A stretch of 64,000 bases of DNA from Saprolegnia diclina VS20 (lineage: Eukaryota). The notes beneath the pieces are model-generated. The model ran no database searches. It worked only from the letters and a program-made list of their open reading frames with translations, and was not told the DNA's origin. Below are positions 23,749 to 35,573 of the stretch, piece after piece. Where the stretch lies: NCBI RefSeq assembly GCF_000281045.1, contig NW_008246070.1:710954-774953 (forward strand), given 5' to 3'. Made by a program: the position numbers and the translations under genes. Position 1 is the first letter of the stretch. Every line of letters starts with the position of its first letter.

Positions 23749-26700
23749 ATGATGGGCGGCTGGTGGCCATCCTACTGCGACGCGATGGACTGCGCCCACG
23801 CAGCGCTGCTGGACGGTACCGCGTGACGCCGAATCGCGTGGTCTGACTATGGCATGCGCGTCTAGGACTCGCCGTGCTCTTCATGCTCGCCTGCATGCTT
23901 CGCATGCGCACGCTCGTCGCAGGCCGCTGTGCTCGCATCGAGCGCCCGTGGCTCCGCCTCAAGTACGCGCTCGCGGTACTTCAAGTGTTTTTGTGCATTG
24001 CGTTCTTCGCCATCAACAGCATGCTGCACCGCATGACGACGCCGTCGCAGGTAGGCCCACGCAGCGTCGACCTTACGGACTTACGGATGATGCATGATGG
24101 CGTACGCCTAGGACATCAACCTGACAGCGCAAGGCGTCGCGTGGGCCTTTTATGCCGCGATCTTGCTCGACGACGGGGAGACCGCGTGGCTGCGCCTGCT
24201 CGTGGTCGCTCGCGGCGCGTTGGCAGGGCACGTGGTGTACCAATCGGGGGCACCTCGCATCGAGCGCTACGACCATGTCTGTCTCGCCAGTGTGCACAGC
24301 GCCACGCTCACTCTCGGGTGCTTGGCACTCTTGCCCGCGATGGCGCGTCGTCCTTCTGACGCAGCAAGCCCATACGATCACGCATCCTTAACGTCGCGAC
24401 TGCTGTACCTCTGGGTCTCGCCCTTCGTGACGCTCGGTTTACGCCGGCGCTTTGAAATGGCCGACATTCCGCCGCTGCCGCGCGTCGACCACACGGCGTC
24501 TGCCAGCCACGCCTTCCAGTCGGCGCTTTTGCGTGAACGCCGGCGGTCGTCGCCGTCTTTTTTCCGGCTTCTCCGCCAATTGTACGGCTGGCAAGTCGTC
24601 GGGTTTGGTCTCTGGTCGGCGTGCAACAAGCTCCTTTCGCTTGCGAGTCCGTTCCTCATCAAAGTCAACCTTCGTTTGTATCAACTTCTGTTTCAATCTA
24701 TCGCGTAGGAATTTCTCGAGTGGGCCGAGCACCCGACACCGTCACGCGGCTACGTGTTGGCCGGCGCCATCTGCGGCCAAGCCGTCCTCAGCGCACTCTC
24801 CGGTTCCCAATATGGTACGAAACATCCTTATATAACCATATATGGCGTATGGTCCTAGGCTTGGCGTGGACGCGCTTTGACATTCGGCTGCGCGCGGGCC
24901 TCATGGCTGCCATTTACGGCCGGACGCTCGAGCTCTCGGCAAGCGAGAAGGCCGCGCACGGCATTGGCCGTCTGACCAACTACGTGTCTGTGGACCTCGG
25001 CCGCCTCGTCGGCATGCCGGGCTCTGTGTTTGACATGGTTCTTATCCCGATGGAGATCGCGATTGCGCTCTACCTCCTCGGGCGCGAGGTCTCGTACGCG
25101 TTTGTCGCGGGACTCGTTGTGCTGGGCGTCATGCTGCCGATTCAAACGGTGCTTGGCGCGACGCTCCAACGCGTCACACGCGCCATGCTCTCCTTCCGCG
25201 ACGACCGCGTCGAGTGGAGCTCGATGCTGCTCCAAGGCGTGCGCGTGCTCAAGGTAAATTCGTTGTATCAAGTTGATATTATGTTGGGCTCAAACGCGAC
25301 TAGCTCTTGGCATGGACCGACGTCTACCTGGAGAAAATGCAAGCCGCGCGGTCCCTCGAGATGCAGCGTCTCCGCGTGCGCAAGTACCTCGATGCGCTCT
25401 GCGTCGTATTTTGGGCGTCGACGCCGGTCATTGTCCAGTCGTCGGTCTTTGTCGCCGTCATCTACGCAGGTCATGACCTCACGGCCGCGAATGCGTTCAC
25501 AGCGATTGCGCTCCTCGACCGGCTCATCTTCCCCATGAACTACTTTCCATGGATCATCAACGGCTTCTTGGAGGCCCGCGTCTCGGCGCTGCGTCTCCGC
25601 GCCTTCCTCTTCCCGACCGCCCGTCCGTCGGCCGCCATTTTGGAGGCGCCGGACGGCGGTCGCACGACCTTCTTGTGGCGCGACTGCGAGTTTGCGTGGA
25701 CGGCATCGAACGACGAGACCCGCGATCTCTCGACACCGCTCTTGACGCCCGACGCTACCATGTTCGAGGTGCGCTTGGACCATCTCACGCTGCAGAAAGG
25801 CGATGTGCTCGTGCTCACGGGGCCCGTCGGCTGCGGCAAAACGTCGCTGCTTCTGGCGCTTCTCGGCGAGATGCCGCTCGTGCACGGCGACCGCTTTGCA
25901 CCCCGGGGCGCCCGCGTGTCGTATGCGCCCCAAACCCCGTGGCTCTTCCCTGCCTCGATCCGGCGCAACGTGACCCTCGTGCCCGACGACGACCATATCG
26001 ATGACGCGCTCTACGAGAAGGTTCTTTCTGCGTGCTGCCTCGACGTCGACTTCTCATCGCAGCCGCTCGGCGACCGCACGCTCTTGAGCGAAGACGGCGC
26101 CAACTTGAGCGGCGGCCAGCGCCTCCGCGTCGGGCTTGCGCGCGCCTTGTACCAGCGCGCGGCCTTGTACCTCTTGGACGACTGCTTGAGCGGCCTCGAC
26201 ACATTGACGGCGACCAATGTGCTCTCGCGACTGCACACGGTGCTGCCAGACGATGCAGCGCTCGTGTTGGCGACGCACGCCGTCGGGCTTCTCGGTTCAT
26301 TTCGCTGCAGCGCGATTCTGGTGCTCGACCAAGGCCGTATCGCCCAGCTCGGCACGTACGACGAGCTGGCTACAACAGGCACCTTTCACGCGCTGCTGCA
26401 GCACATACAAGGCAGCGACGCGCGTGCCAATGACTGCGTATCCGACGACGTTGCTATCACAGCGCACGAGGCCGAGGCGTCGGATGCGACCGAGACGGAA
26501 GAGCACCGCGAAAATGGCGCCGTGGCCGCCTCGGTACGCGTCGACACAAAGGACGGACGATGCATCTCCAATGATTGTAGGTGTGGCGACAGTACGCCTC
26601 GGCCATGGGCTGGCACGTCGCGCTTGGTCTCTTTCTGGCGGTCGTGGCCATGCAAGTGACGCGCAACGGACTCGACTACTGGGTCGCCTCGTACGTCTCG

Positions 26701-28351
26701 GGGCACGCGATGCCGGCCATGACGTTTGCGAATGGCCTCTTGATCCTCACCGGCGTCAACATTGCGGCGGTGGCGTGCCGCGCCTTCCTCTTTGCGTATG
26801 GCGGTCTCCGCGCTGCCAACCGCCTGTATGCGTCGCTCGTGCAGCACCTCTTCCACGCGCCACTGGCGTTCTTTCACGTCACACCGACGGGACGCATCTT
26901 GAACCGGCTCAGCGGCGACACGTACGGCGTCGACGAGTCGCTGCCGTTCATTCTCAACATTTGCATCAAAGACGCGGCCGAGATGCTCGGGACGCTGTGT
27001 ATTCTGCTGCTGACGACGCCGCTCGTACTGCTGCTGCTGCTTCCGCTCTCGCTCGTCTACGGCCGCGTCCAGCAGTGGTATCGACCGACGTCGCGGCACG
27101 TGCGGCGCTTGGACGCCGTCGCGCAGTCGCCGCTGCTCATGCACTTTCACGCAACGCTAAACGGCCTCTCGGTGCTCCGTGGCCTGCAGTGCCACATGCG
27201 CTGGTACCACGAGTACCTCACGCTCCTCAACAACTCACAAAGGATGAGTTTTCTGAGTGCAAACGCGAGCGCGTGGTTTGGGCTGCGCCTCGACGCGCTT
27301 GGCGTCGTGCTCACGTCGGCCATCGGCGTCTACGCCGCCGTCATGTCGCACCTCGGGGCGCCCGTGCCGTCCGGGACTCTCGGCCTCCTCCTGATCTACG
27401 CGCTGCCGATCGTCGGCAAGTGCAACGCGATCCTCGGCAGCTTGATCGCGACCGAGCAAAACATGATTGCGGTCGAGCGTGTCCTGGAATACGCGTCGTT
27501 GCTGCCCGAAGTCGACGGCGCGTCGCCGATGCTGCCGACGTGGCCCAGCAACGGCGTCGTGCGCTATGACAACGTTCGAGTCGCGTATGGAGACGACAAC
27601 CAAGCGGCGCTCGGTCCGCTCACGATATCACTCCGCGCCAAGGAGAAGGTGGGCATTTGCGGTCGCACGGGCGCCGGCAAGAGCTCGTTTCTGCACGCGC
27701 TCTTCCGCGCGATGCCGTACGCCGGCCGCATCACGATCGACAACGTGGACATCGCGTCCATGTCGCTCTCGACGCTCCGGAGTGCGCTCTGCTTCGTGCC
27801 ACAAGAGGCGATGCTCTTCCGCGGCACGCTGCGCTCGAATCTCGATCCCTTCGGAGACGCCGACGACAGCGCGATTTGGGACGCGTTGCGGCGGTGCTGC
27901 CTCGACGCCGTCGTTCGGTCGTGGCCGCTCCAGCTCGAGACGCCAGTGACCGGCGACGACGACAAGCTAAGCCGCGGCCAAGCAGCGCTAATCAACATCG
28001 CGCGCGCCGTCTTGCGAAAATCCAAAGTCGTGTGCATCGACGAGGCAACGGCCAGCATCGACCACGCCACCGAAGCCATCGTCCAAGAGGTATATCTGTA
28101 GACAGTATATGTGCAGACGACGCTCTCCTATGTAGACGCTGCGCAGTGTCTTTGAGGACGCCACCGTGCTCACGGTCGCCCACCGCATGCATACGATCCT
28201 CAACTGCGACCGCGTCCTCGTGCTCGACCACGGCCACGTCGTCGAGTGGGACACCCCCGCGGCGCTTCTAAGTAACCCGGCGGGGCAGTTTACCAAGCTT
28301 GTCCAGCCTGCTGCCACGTCACCCAGTACCCTAAACACTGCAAATCGCTAA
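23749..28351 (+). CDS. ABCC (MRP) full-length ABC transporter, ABCC10/MRP7-like, multi-exon; paralog of 4149-8632
   Basis: NBD1: [39 protein letters not shown]2: [30 protein letters not shown]. First exon MMGGWWPSYCDAMDC resembles that of the minus-strand copy. Confidence 0.93.
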
Positions 28352-28445
28352 AAACAGAGTGTACATTCTGGATTGAAACGCCGGTTGTTGTCACCACACG
28401 TCTCTCCCGCCACGCGAGCAGCGACCTCTGCCACAGTCGAATACG

Positions 28446-28874
28446 ATGGAGAAGGTTCCCGCGGCGCTGGTCCACGACGGCCTCCTTCCCTTTCTCGATG
28501 CGTCGTCGCTTGGACGGCTGGGCGCGACAAGCCGCTCGTGGCGCGACCAAGTGGCCTCGGCGCCTGCGTGGCGCACCTGCCTCCAGCGTCACTTTGGTGT
28601 CCATGTCGACGTCTATGGCGCGCGCGACCCGACGCTGTGGCAGCGCGTCATGGCCACCCTTGTCGCCGACGCCCGAAAGCTCCAGCACGCGGTGGTCGCC
28701 GACGACGTCCTCGTGATTGCAGCCGCGACAGCGCCGCTGCTACCCGCTTCGGGGGCGGCCATTCGCCAAGAGATCGTGCTCATGCAGGGCTTGCGCCGGT
28801 TCCCCACTGACGCGAACCTCATTGCCGCGTACGCCACCGCGATTCGGCAGCAGCTACTGCTTGTACAAATATAG
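28446..28874 (+). CDS. Small F-box protein (142 aa)
   Basis: N-terminal F-box pattern MEKVPAALVHDGLLPFLDASSLGRLGATSRSWRDQVASAPAW. Confidence 0.75.
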   Translation: MEKVPAALVHDGLLPFLDASSLGRLGATSRSWRDQVASAPAWRTCLQRHFGVHVDVYGARDPTLWQRVMATLVADARKLQHAVVADDVLVIAAATAPLLPASGAAIRQEIVLMQGLRRFPTDANLIAAYATAIRQQLLLVQI

Positions 28875-28906
28875 ACCCGTGTTGATTTTCCTACAAACTA
28901 GAGCGC

Positions 28907-31746
28907 TTACACGATGGCGTCGCCACTCGGGCCGTCGCCTTCCTCGAGCGTCTCGGGGTGGAAGTGGCAGACGTCCTCAAAGATGAGCTCTTGCAGCTTC
29001 TTGCGCGTGAGCTCGCAGTCTTCAAAGCTAAAGTCGAACGGCACCGGGCACGTCGTCTCGACCGACGCATCGCGCACTTGGGCCAAGTACGGATGCTCGA
29101 GCGCATCCTCAATCGAGATGCGCGTGCGCGGGTCAAAGCTCAGCATCTTCTCGAGGAGGTCGAGGCAGAGCGACGTGGCGCGCGGGTAGATCGACGAGAG
29201 CGGCACGCGCGGCTTCTTGGGTTGCCGCAAGATGAACCGCTTCGCCTTTGGGTTGGTGATAAAGTCGAGCTGCTCCTCTTCCGGCGACCCCACCACGTCC
29301 ATGATGATCTTGAGCTGGTGGAGGTAGTCCTGGCCAGGAAAGAGCGGCCGCCGGCCAATCATCTCGGCCAAGATGCACCCGATCGCCCACACGTCCATGG
29401 GCTTGTCGTACTTGGACGAGAGGAGGAGCTCCGGCGCGCGGTACCAGCGCGTCACGACGTACTCGGTCAGACCGGCGTCGACACCGTTCACGCCGCGCGC
29501 GAGGCCAAAGTCGCAGAGCTTGACGTCGCAGTCCGAGTTGACCAGAATGTTGCTCGGCTTCAAATCGCGGTGCAGCACTTCGGCCGAGTGCACGTACTTG
29601 ATCGCGACCAGCATCTGGTACAAAAAGTACTGAATGTGGTCGTCCGTGATCGACTGGTTCGAGTGAATCACNNNNNNNNNNNNNNNNNNNNNNNNNNNNN
29701 NNNNNNNNNNNNNNNNNNNNNNNNNNNNNNNNNNNNNNNNNNNNNNNNNNNNNNNNNNNNNNNNNNNNNNNNNNNNNNNNNNNNNNNNNNNNNNNNNNNN
29801 NNNNNNNNNNNNNNNNNNNNNNNNNNNNNNNNNNNNNNNNNNNNNNNNNNNNNNNNNNNNNNNNNNNNNNNNNNNNNNNNNNNNNNNNNNNNNNNNNNNN
29901 NNNNNNNNNNNNNNNNNNNNNNNNNNNNNNNNNNNNNNNNNNNNNNNNNNNNNNNNNNNNNNNNNNNNNNNNNNNNNNNNNNNNNNNNNNNNNNNNNNNN
30001 NNNNNNNNNNNNNNNNNNNNNNNNNNNNTTCTCTTTCGAGAGCACCGTCTTGGAGAGCGGCATAACGACGGCAGAGAGCGGGCGCAGCGTCGGCGTCACC
30101 GCGTCCGGGTCCTCCGAGTCGGACCCGGTCGTCGCCTCCTTTTTGGCCACGTTGGTCTCGAACGAGATGCTGAGCTGGACACGGCCGCACGAAAACTTGG
30201 TTTCGGAGGCTGAGAGGAGCGTGTACCACTGCGGCACCGCGCCGCGCGCAATGTCGCTGTGCACGACGCTCTCCCGCACCGAGCGCGAGCTGCTCGCAAG
30301 CGCAAGGAACGGCGCGAGGTTGACTTTGGCGACACCAATGAGCTCTTCCTTTGTGCCCTCGTCGACATACCCCCACGCTTCGATGAGCATGAAGCACGGC
30401 TTGCCGCGGTTGAGGCCCTGGAACGCGAGCTCGTGCGGCGAGTCCCACACCGGGTCCGGCGACGACTCGAGCGTCGAGCAGGCCGTTTTGCTCACGCAGT
30501 TGGCCGACGACGTCGGTGCATACACGTTGGTCTTGCCGTCGACGATGAGCCGGAGCCCGAGGAAGATGCGGCGCTGGACCACGACGCCGGTGTCGTCGTC
30601 GTCGCTGAGGCCGCCAATCTGCTCGCCGCGGAGGACGTGCACGTGCACGACGCCGGCCGGGTTGTCCTGGCTGGTGTTGCCAATGACTGACGCGATCGGA
30701 AGGCTGAGGCTCGACGTGGCGTTGCAGCCAAAGACCGCCGAGGCCGCGACCGGGTCGGCCGTGATGGTGAGGCTCTTGACGCGGCCGTCGGGCGCAAACT
30801 CGATCGTGTGCTGCCACTGCTGCGTAAACTTGCGGTTGTTGTGCTTGTTCTTCATCGTCTCACGGCCGGCGATGACGGCAGTCGAGCCCTGCGCGGCCTG
30901 CGCAATGTCGGTCACAAAGAAGGACGTGAACTCGACCGTCTCGTACAAGATCGAGAAGAAGTGCAAGACGCCGTCGAGGCCGTGGTACTCGCCCCAGAAC
31001 GGCACGGTCGGCGCGTAGTTGCTCGTCAAGACCACGTCGCGGCTGAGCTTGGGAAAGAACTGCGGCGACGACGAGTGCGAGATGAGGAGCTTCCGAAACG
31101 CGCTGTAGAACGAGCGGAGGTCGACTTGGGTCGGCGACGCCTGGAACGACACTGTGGCTTCGAACGTGCCGGATGATTGCTGCGTCGTCAAGTGCGGCGG
31201 GTGCGAGATGCCTTCGTCGATCGCTGCCTGCATCATCTCGACCCACATGTCCTTCTCGAGCTCTGTCGTGCAGCACAGATGAAAGTGCTTGTGGCCTTTT
31301 GTCTCGATGAGAAAGCCATGGGCCTTGCCATAGTTTTCCGGCAAAACGCGCGTGATGATCATGCGGCCACGGAGATTCCGGCCGCTGCGCGCTTCGTCCT
31401 TGGTGTTGTAGTACGTGAGGCTCGCGCCGTCAAGCACAAGGTAGCGCTCTTCCCAGCGCGGAAGCCAGTCGCCCTTCTTGCGCACGTAGCCCTCCCAGTG
31501 CACCTCGTGTGCTGGCGGGCCACGCACCGACTTGAGCTCGGACGCGGTCGACGTCGTGGATGCTTGGCGCGTGAGGCCCGTCATGGACGACGTGCGCTCC
31601 GATCCATTGACCGACGACGTGCTGGACGGCGCCGGCGGCAGCGACCCCCCGCCGCTGAGCGCCCCCAGCAGCATGTCTCGTCCGTGCTCGGGCAGGTCCT
31701 TCTCGCTGATGCCATTGGCGGTGCTAGCAGGTCCCGATGTACTCAT
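28907..31746 (-). CDS. PH - SnoaL/NTF2-like - C2 - MAP kinase (TEY), copy 1; spans gap; may extend 5' via short exons to ~32041
   Basis: PH: WEGYVRKKGDWLPRWEERYLVL...KDMWVEMMQAAI. SnoaL-like: VPFWGEYHGLDGVLHFF...DGRVKSL. C2: PDPVWD..ELIGVAKVNL..WYTL..GRVQLSISF. Kinase: HRDLKPSNILV, DFGLARG, LTEYVVTRWYRAPE. Confidence 0.88.
29672..30028. other. Assembly gap within kinase N-lobe of MAPK copy 1
   Basis: Run of N bases. Confidence 1.
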
Positions 31747-32435
31747 GAAGGCGGCGAAGCTCTACGAGGAAGGGTTCCATGAGGCTCCTCACCATGGCCA
31801 TCGTCGTCGTCACCTCGAGGGCAGCTGGTGACAGGGTCTCTAGTGTCGTGGAGCCAAGTGGGACCGGTACAGGAAATTTAATTACCCACTCTGCGGTGGC
31901 AACGCCTTGCCATACAAACGCCAAATCACTTTGCCGTATTTTTTTAGCCACCTTATGTTCGTCGTTTTTAGCTGGCGTCGGGGCGTTATCGCCGGCCGCT
32001 GGGCGTTTGTATACCGAGCCGAGCCGACGCCCGAGGTCCATGCGCCCAGCCCGTCGACGCCGGCCATGGAGCCATGGACGAAGATGAGCATGAGGGGATG
32101 AGGACGTATGGATGATGATGGAGGAGGAAGAAGGGAGAACGAGGTACGCGCGGTGCGAGGTGCTAGCGTTGTGACGCCGAGGCTCCGTGGAAGCATCCGC
32201 CACATGCCACGATGGTTTCATCCAACATGCGCATAGATGGTCAACAGCGAGATGTGCATGGACGCTGCTACGGAACGCAAAGATGCATGGACGCCGCATG
32301 CCCTCGGACGCGCCCGCATGCCTTCTTCGACCTGCATGCCATCGACCCTCGCTGGTTGAGCAGAGGCTTGCAAGATGATGCAGATAGGTACTACGATCAA
32401 CTCTACTACATACTACGATATGGACTACATCTCTA

Positions 32436-35400
32436 TTACACGGTCGTGGCGGCCCGGCGGAGGCTCTTGTTGAGGACTTCGGGGTGGAAGGCGCAGACAT
32501 CCTCAAACATGAGCTCTTGCAGCGCGTCCTTGGTGAGCTCGGCGTCTTCGAACGCAAAGTCGAACGGACCGTTCACGCACGTCTGCTCGACCGACGGCTC
32601 GCGGATACCCGCGAGGTACGGATGCCCCAGGGCGTCATCGACAGTGATGCGCTCGCGCGGGTTGAAGACGAGCATCTTGGCGAGGAGGTCGAGGCAGAGC
32701 GGCGACGCGCGCGGGTACAAGGAGGCTAATGGCACCGGCGCCTTCTTTGGCTGCTTGAGGATGAAGCGCTTGGCGCGGTGGTTGGTGATGAACGCCATTT
32801 GCGTCTCGTCCGTCGGCGTCCCGACCACCTCGAGGATGATCTTGAGCTGATGTAGAAAGTCCGACCCAGGAAAGAGCGGCCGCCGGCCAATCATCTCGGC
32901 CAAGATGCACCCGATCGCCCACACGTCCATGGGCTTGTCGTACGCCGACGTCAGAAGCACCTCGGGCGCACGGTACCAGCGCGTCACGACGTACTCGGTC
33001 AAGGCCGCGTCCGGCGGGAGGTCGTAGATCCCGCGCGCGAGGCCAAAGTCGCAGAGCTTGACGTCGCAGTCCGAGTTGACCAGAATGTTGCTCGGCTTCA
33101 AATCGCGGTGCAGCACGTCGGCCGAGTGCACGTACTTGATCGCGACCAGCATCTGGTACAAAAAGTACTGAATGTGGTCGTCCGTGATCGACTGGTTCGA
33201 GTNNNNNNNNNNNNNNNNNNNNNNNNNNNNNNNNNNNNNNNNNNNNNNNNNNNNNNNNNNNNNNNNNNNNNNNNNNNNNNNNNNNNNNNNNNNNNNNNNN
33301 NNNNNNNNNNNNNNNNNNNNNNNNNNNNNNNNNNNNNNNNNNNNNNNNNNNNNNNNNNNNNNNNNNNNNNNNNNNNNNNNNNNNNNNNNNNNNNNNNNNN
33401 NNNNNNNNNNNNNNNNNNNNNNNNNNNNNNNNNNNNNNNNNNNNNNNNNNNNNNNNNNNNNNNNNNNNNNNNNNNNNNNNNNNNNNNNNNNNNNNNNNNN
33501 NNNNNNNNNNNNNNNNNNNNNNCGCTTCGGAATGTCAAAGGCCGTGTTGCCGACGTTGAAGGACACGTTGTTGCGCGCGCGGTCCCGGTACGCCTTGTGG
33601 CGGTTGATCGAGACGTTCGAGGACGTGTCCGAGTGATACGACGCCTCGGTGCACGGCGACGCCATGTAGTCGGACTCGGCATCGAACATGTCGGACGCTT
33701 CTTCAAACGAGAGGCTGAGCTCGAGACGGCCGACCGCAAACTTGGTGTCGCCCGGCGCGAGCAGCGTGTACCACTGCGGCATGGTCGTGTACCCGTCGTC
33801 GGTCTTGGCGAGCGCGAGGAACGGCGCGAGGTTGACCTTGGCGAGACCGATGAGCTCCATGCCATCGTTGGCTCGACCGCTTTGCATCATGGTCGACTCG
33901 TTGCCGAGAGGGCTTTCTTCGTCCAGCGGCGAGAGCACCATGGACGGCGCGTTGCTCGAGCGGCGGCGACGACGGTCCTTGAAGAGCTGCAAGACGACGC
34001 AGCACGGCTTGCCGTGGGTCGCGCCGCCAAAGGGGACCACCAAGTGTGTGTCCCACAATGGCTCGGTCGACGTCGACGAGTCCTTCGATCGACCCGTCTG
34101 GACGTGGTGCGTGGCTTTGAGAAGCGCGGTGGGGAGGTACCCGCCGGCGTCGGCCATGACGCTCACATCGACAATGTACTTGCTGCCGGGCGTCTCGAGG
34201 AGGCTGTCGTTGGTCGCTAAATCCTCTTCAAAGTCGGTGATGCCGCCGATTTGGTCGCCACGAACGAGGTGCACGTGGATACGCCCGGGCGGCGTGTCGC
34301 TGTGCGCGGCCCCGAGCACGGCTGCGATCGGAAGGCTGAGGCTCGACGTCGCGTTGCAGCCAAAGACCGCCGAGGCCGCGACCGGGTCGGCCGCGATGTG
34401 GATGTGCTTGACGCGGCCGTTCTTGGAGAACTCGATCGTATGCGTCCACTGCTGCGTGAACTTGCGGTGGTTGGTCTTGTTGCGCATCGTCTCGCGGCCG
34501 ACGACGATCGCGGTCGAGCCCTCTTGCGACTGCGCAATGTCGGTCACAAAGAAGGACGTGAACGCGACCGTCTCGTACAAGATGGAAAAGTAGTGCAAGA
34601 CGCCGTCCAAGCCGTGGTACTCGCCCCAGAACGGCACGGTCGGCGCGTAGTTGCTCGTGATCGAGACGTCGCGGCTGAGCTTGGGAAAGAACTGCGCCGA
34701 CGACGAGTGCGTGAGAAGCAGCTGCCGCATCGCGTCGTAAAAGTCGCGCACGTTGACGGGCGACGCCAGCGACGTCGTGTGCCCAATTGACGAGGCCGGC
34801 GAGCACCCACTGCGCGTCGCACTCTTGGGCAAGACGGGCCCGGACCGCGACAGGTCGTACGACGGCGACGACATGAAGTCGTCGTCTTGCGCCGGCTTGT
34901 TGGCCGCGCCGTTCGCTTCGTCGAGCGCTGTCTGCATCATCTCGACCCACATGTCCTTCTCGAGCTCGGTCGCGCAGCAGAGGTGGAAGCGCTTGTGACC
35001 CTTTGTCTCGATCATAAAACCGTGGGCCTTCTTGCCCTTAAAGTCGGGCCCGACGTACGTGAGCACCATGCGGCCGCGGAGGTTCTTGCCAGACCGCGCG
35101 TCGTGCTGCTTGCTGTAGTACGTCAGCGTCGTGCCGTCGAGCACGAGGTAGCGCGGCTCCCAGCGCGGCAGCCAGTCGCCCTTCTTCCGCACGTGGCCTT
35201 CCCAGTGCACTTCCTGGACGTTGCCGATGTCTTCGACGCCGGCCGCGAGCGACAGCATCGTTGAGATCGCGACGCCCGACTGCACCGAGCGCGTCAATGT
35301 GTTGGCGACGGACGACGAGGTGGCGGTCGAATTCCGGTACGTGCTCGCGCGGCCCGAATTGGCCAATATTTGCTGCGTCTGCAAGTGGCCGGTCGTGGCC

Positions 35401-35573
35401 GCTTGGCCGGGCATCGCGACCGCGCGCTGGCTCGGGTGCCGCCGACTCGAGCGCGCGTAGCTGCCGCTGTCGCTCATAAAGGAGCCGACCATGTCGTCGT
35501 CGCGGCGCGAGCTGCGGTGGGACGACTGGGACAGGAGGCTGCCCCGTCGTACGGGCCGGTCCGCATGCTGCAT
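32436..35573 (-). CDS. PH - SnoaL/NTF2-like - C2 - MAP kinase (TEY), copy 2; spans gap
   Basis: Same domain order and motifs as copy 1 in one reading frame; SFNVGNTAFDIPK marks the kinase start; LTEYVVTRWYRAPE activation loop. Confidence 0.9.
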   Translation of the reverse strand: MQHADRPVRRGSLLSQSSHRSSRRDDDMVGSFMSDSGSYARSSRRHPSQRAVAMPGQAATTGHLQTQQILANSGRASTYRNSTATSSSVANTLTRSVQSGVAISTMLSLAAGVEDIGNVQEVHWEGHVRKKGDWLPRWEPRYLVLDGTTLTYYSKQHDARSGKNLRGRMVLTYVGPDFKGKKAHGFMIETKGHKRFHLCCATELEKDMWVEMMQTALDEANGAANKPAQDDDFMSSPSYDLSRSGPVLPKSATRSGCSPASSIGHTTSLASPVNVRDFYDAMRQLLLTHSSSAQFFPKLSRDVSITSNYAPTVPFWGEYHGLDGVLHYFSILYETVAFTSFFVTDIAQSQEGSTAIVVGRETMRNKTNHRKFTQQWTHTIEFSKNGRVKHIHIAADPVAASAVFGCNATSSLSLPIAAVLGAAHSDTPPGRIHVHLVRGDQIGGITDFEEDLATNDSLLETPGSKYIVDVSVMADAGGYLPTALLKATHHVQTGRSKDSSTSTEPLWDTHLVVPFGGATHGKPCCVVLQLFKDRRRRRSSNAPSMVLSPLDEESPLGNESTMMQSGRANDGMELIGLAKVNLAPFLALAKTDDGYTTMPQWYTLLAPGDTKFAVGRLELSLSFEEASDMFDAESDYMASPCTEASYHSDTSSNVSINRHKAYRDRARNNVSFNVGNTAFDIPKXXXXXXXXXXXXXXXXXXXXXXXXXXXXXXXXXXXXXXXXXXXXXXXXXXXXXXXXXXXXXXXXXXXXXXXXXXXXXXXXXXXXXXXXXXXXXXXXXXXXXXXXXXXXSNQSITDDHIQYFLYQMLVAIKYVHSADVLHRDLKPSNILVNSDCDVKLCDFGLARGIYDLPPDAALTEYVVTRWYRAPEVLLTSAYDKPMDVWAIGCILAEMIGRRPLFPGSDFLHQLKIILEVVGTPTDETQMAFITNHRAKRFILKQPKKAPVPLASLYPRASPLCLDLLAKMLVFNPRERITVDDALGHPYLAGIREPSVEQTCVNGPFDFAFEDAELTKDALQELMFEDVCAFHPEVLNKSLRRAATTV
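33203..33522. other. Assembly gap within kinase N-lobe of MAPK copy 2
   Basis: Run of N bases. Confidence 1.

Noticed and set aside
28907..31746. Frame discordance between the PH part and kinase part of MAPK copy 1 as a frameshift or pseudogene
   Set aside because: The frames are separated by an estimated-length gap, so phase is uninformative.
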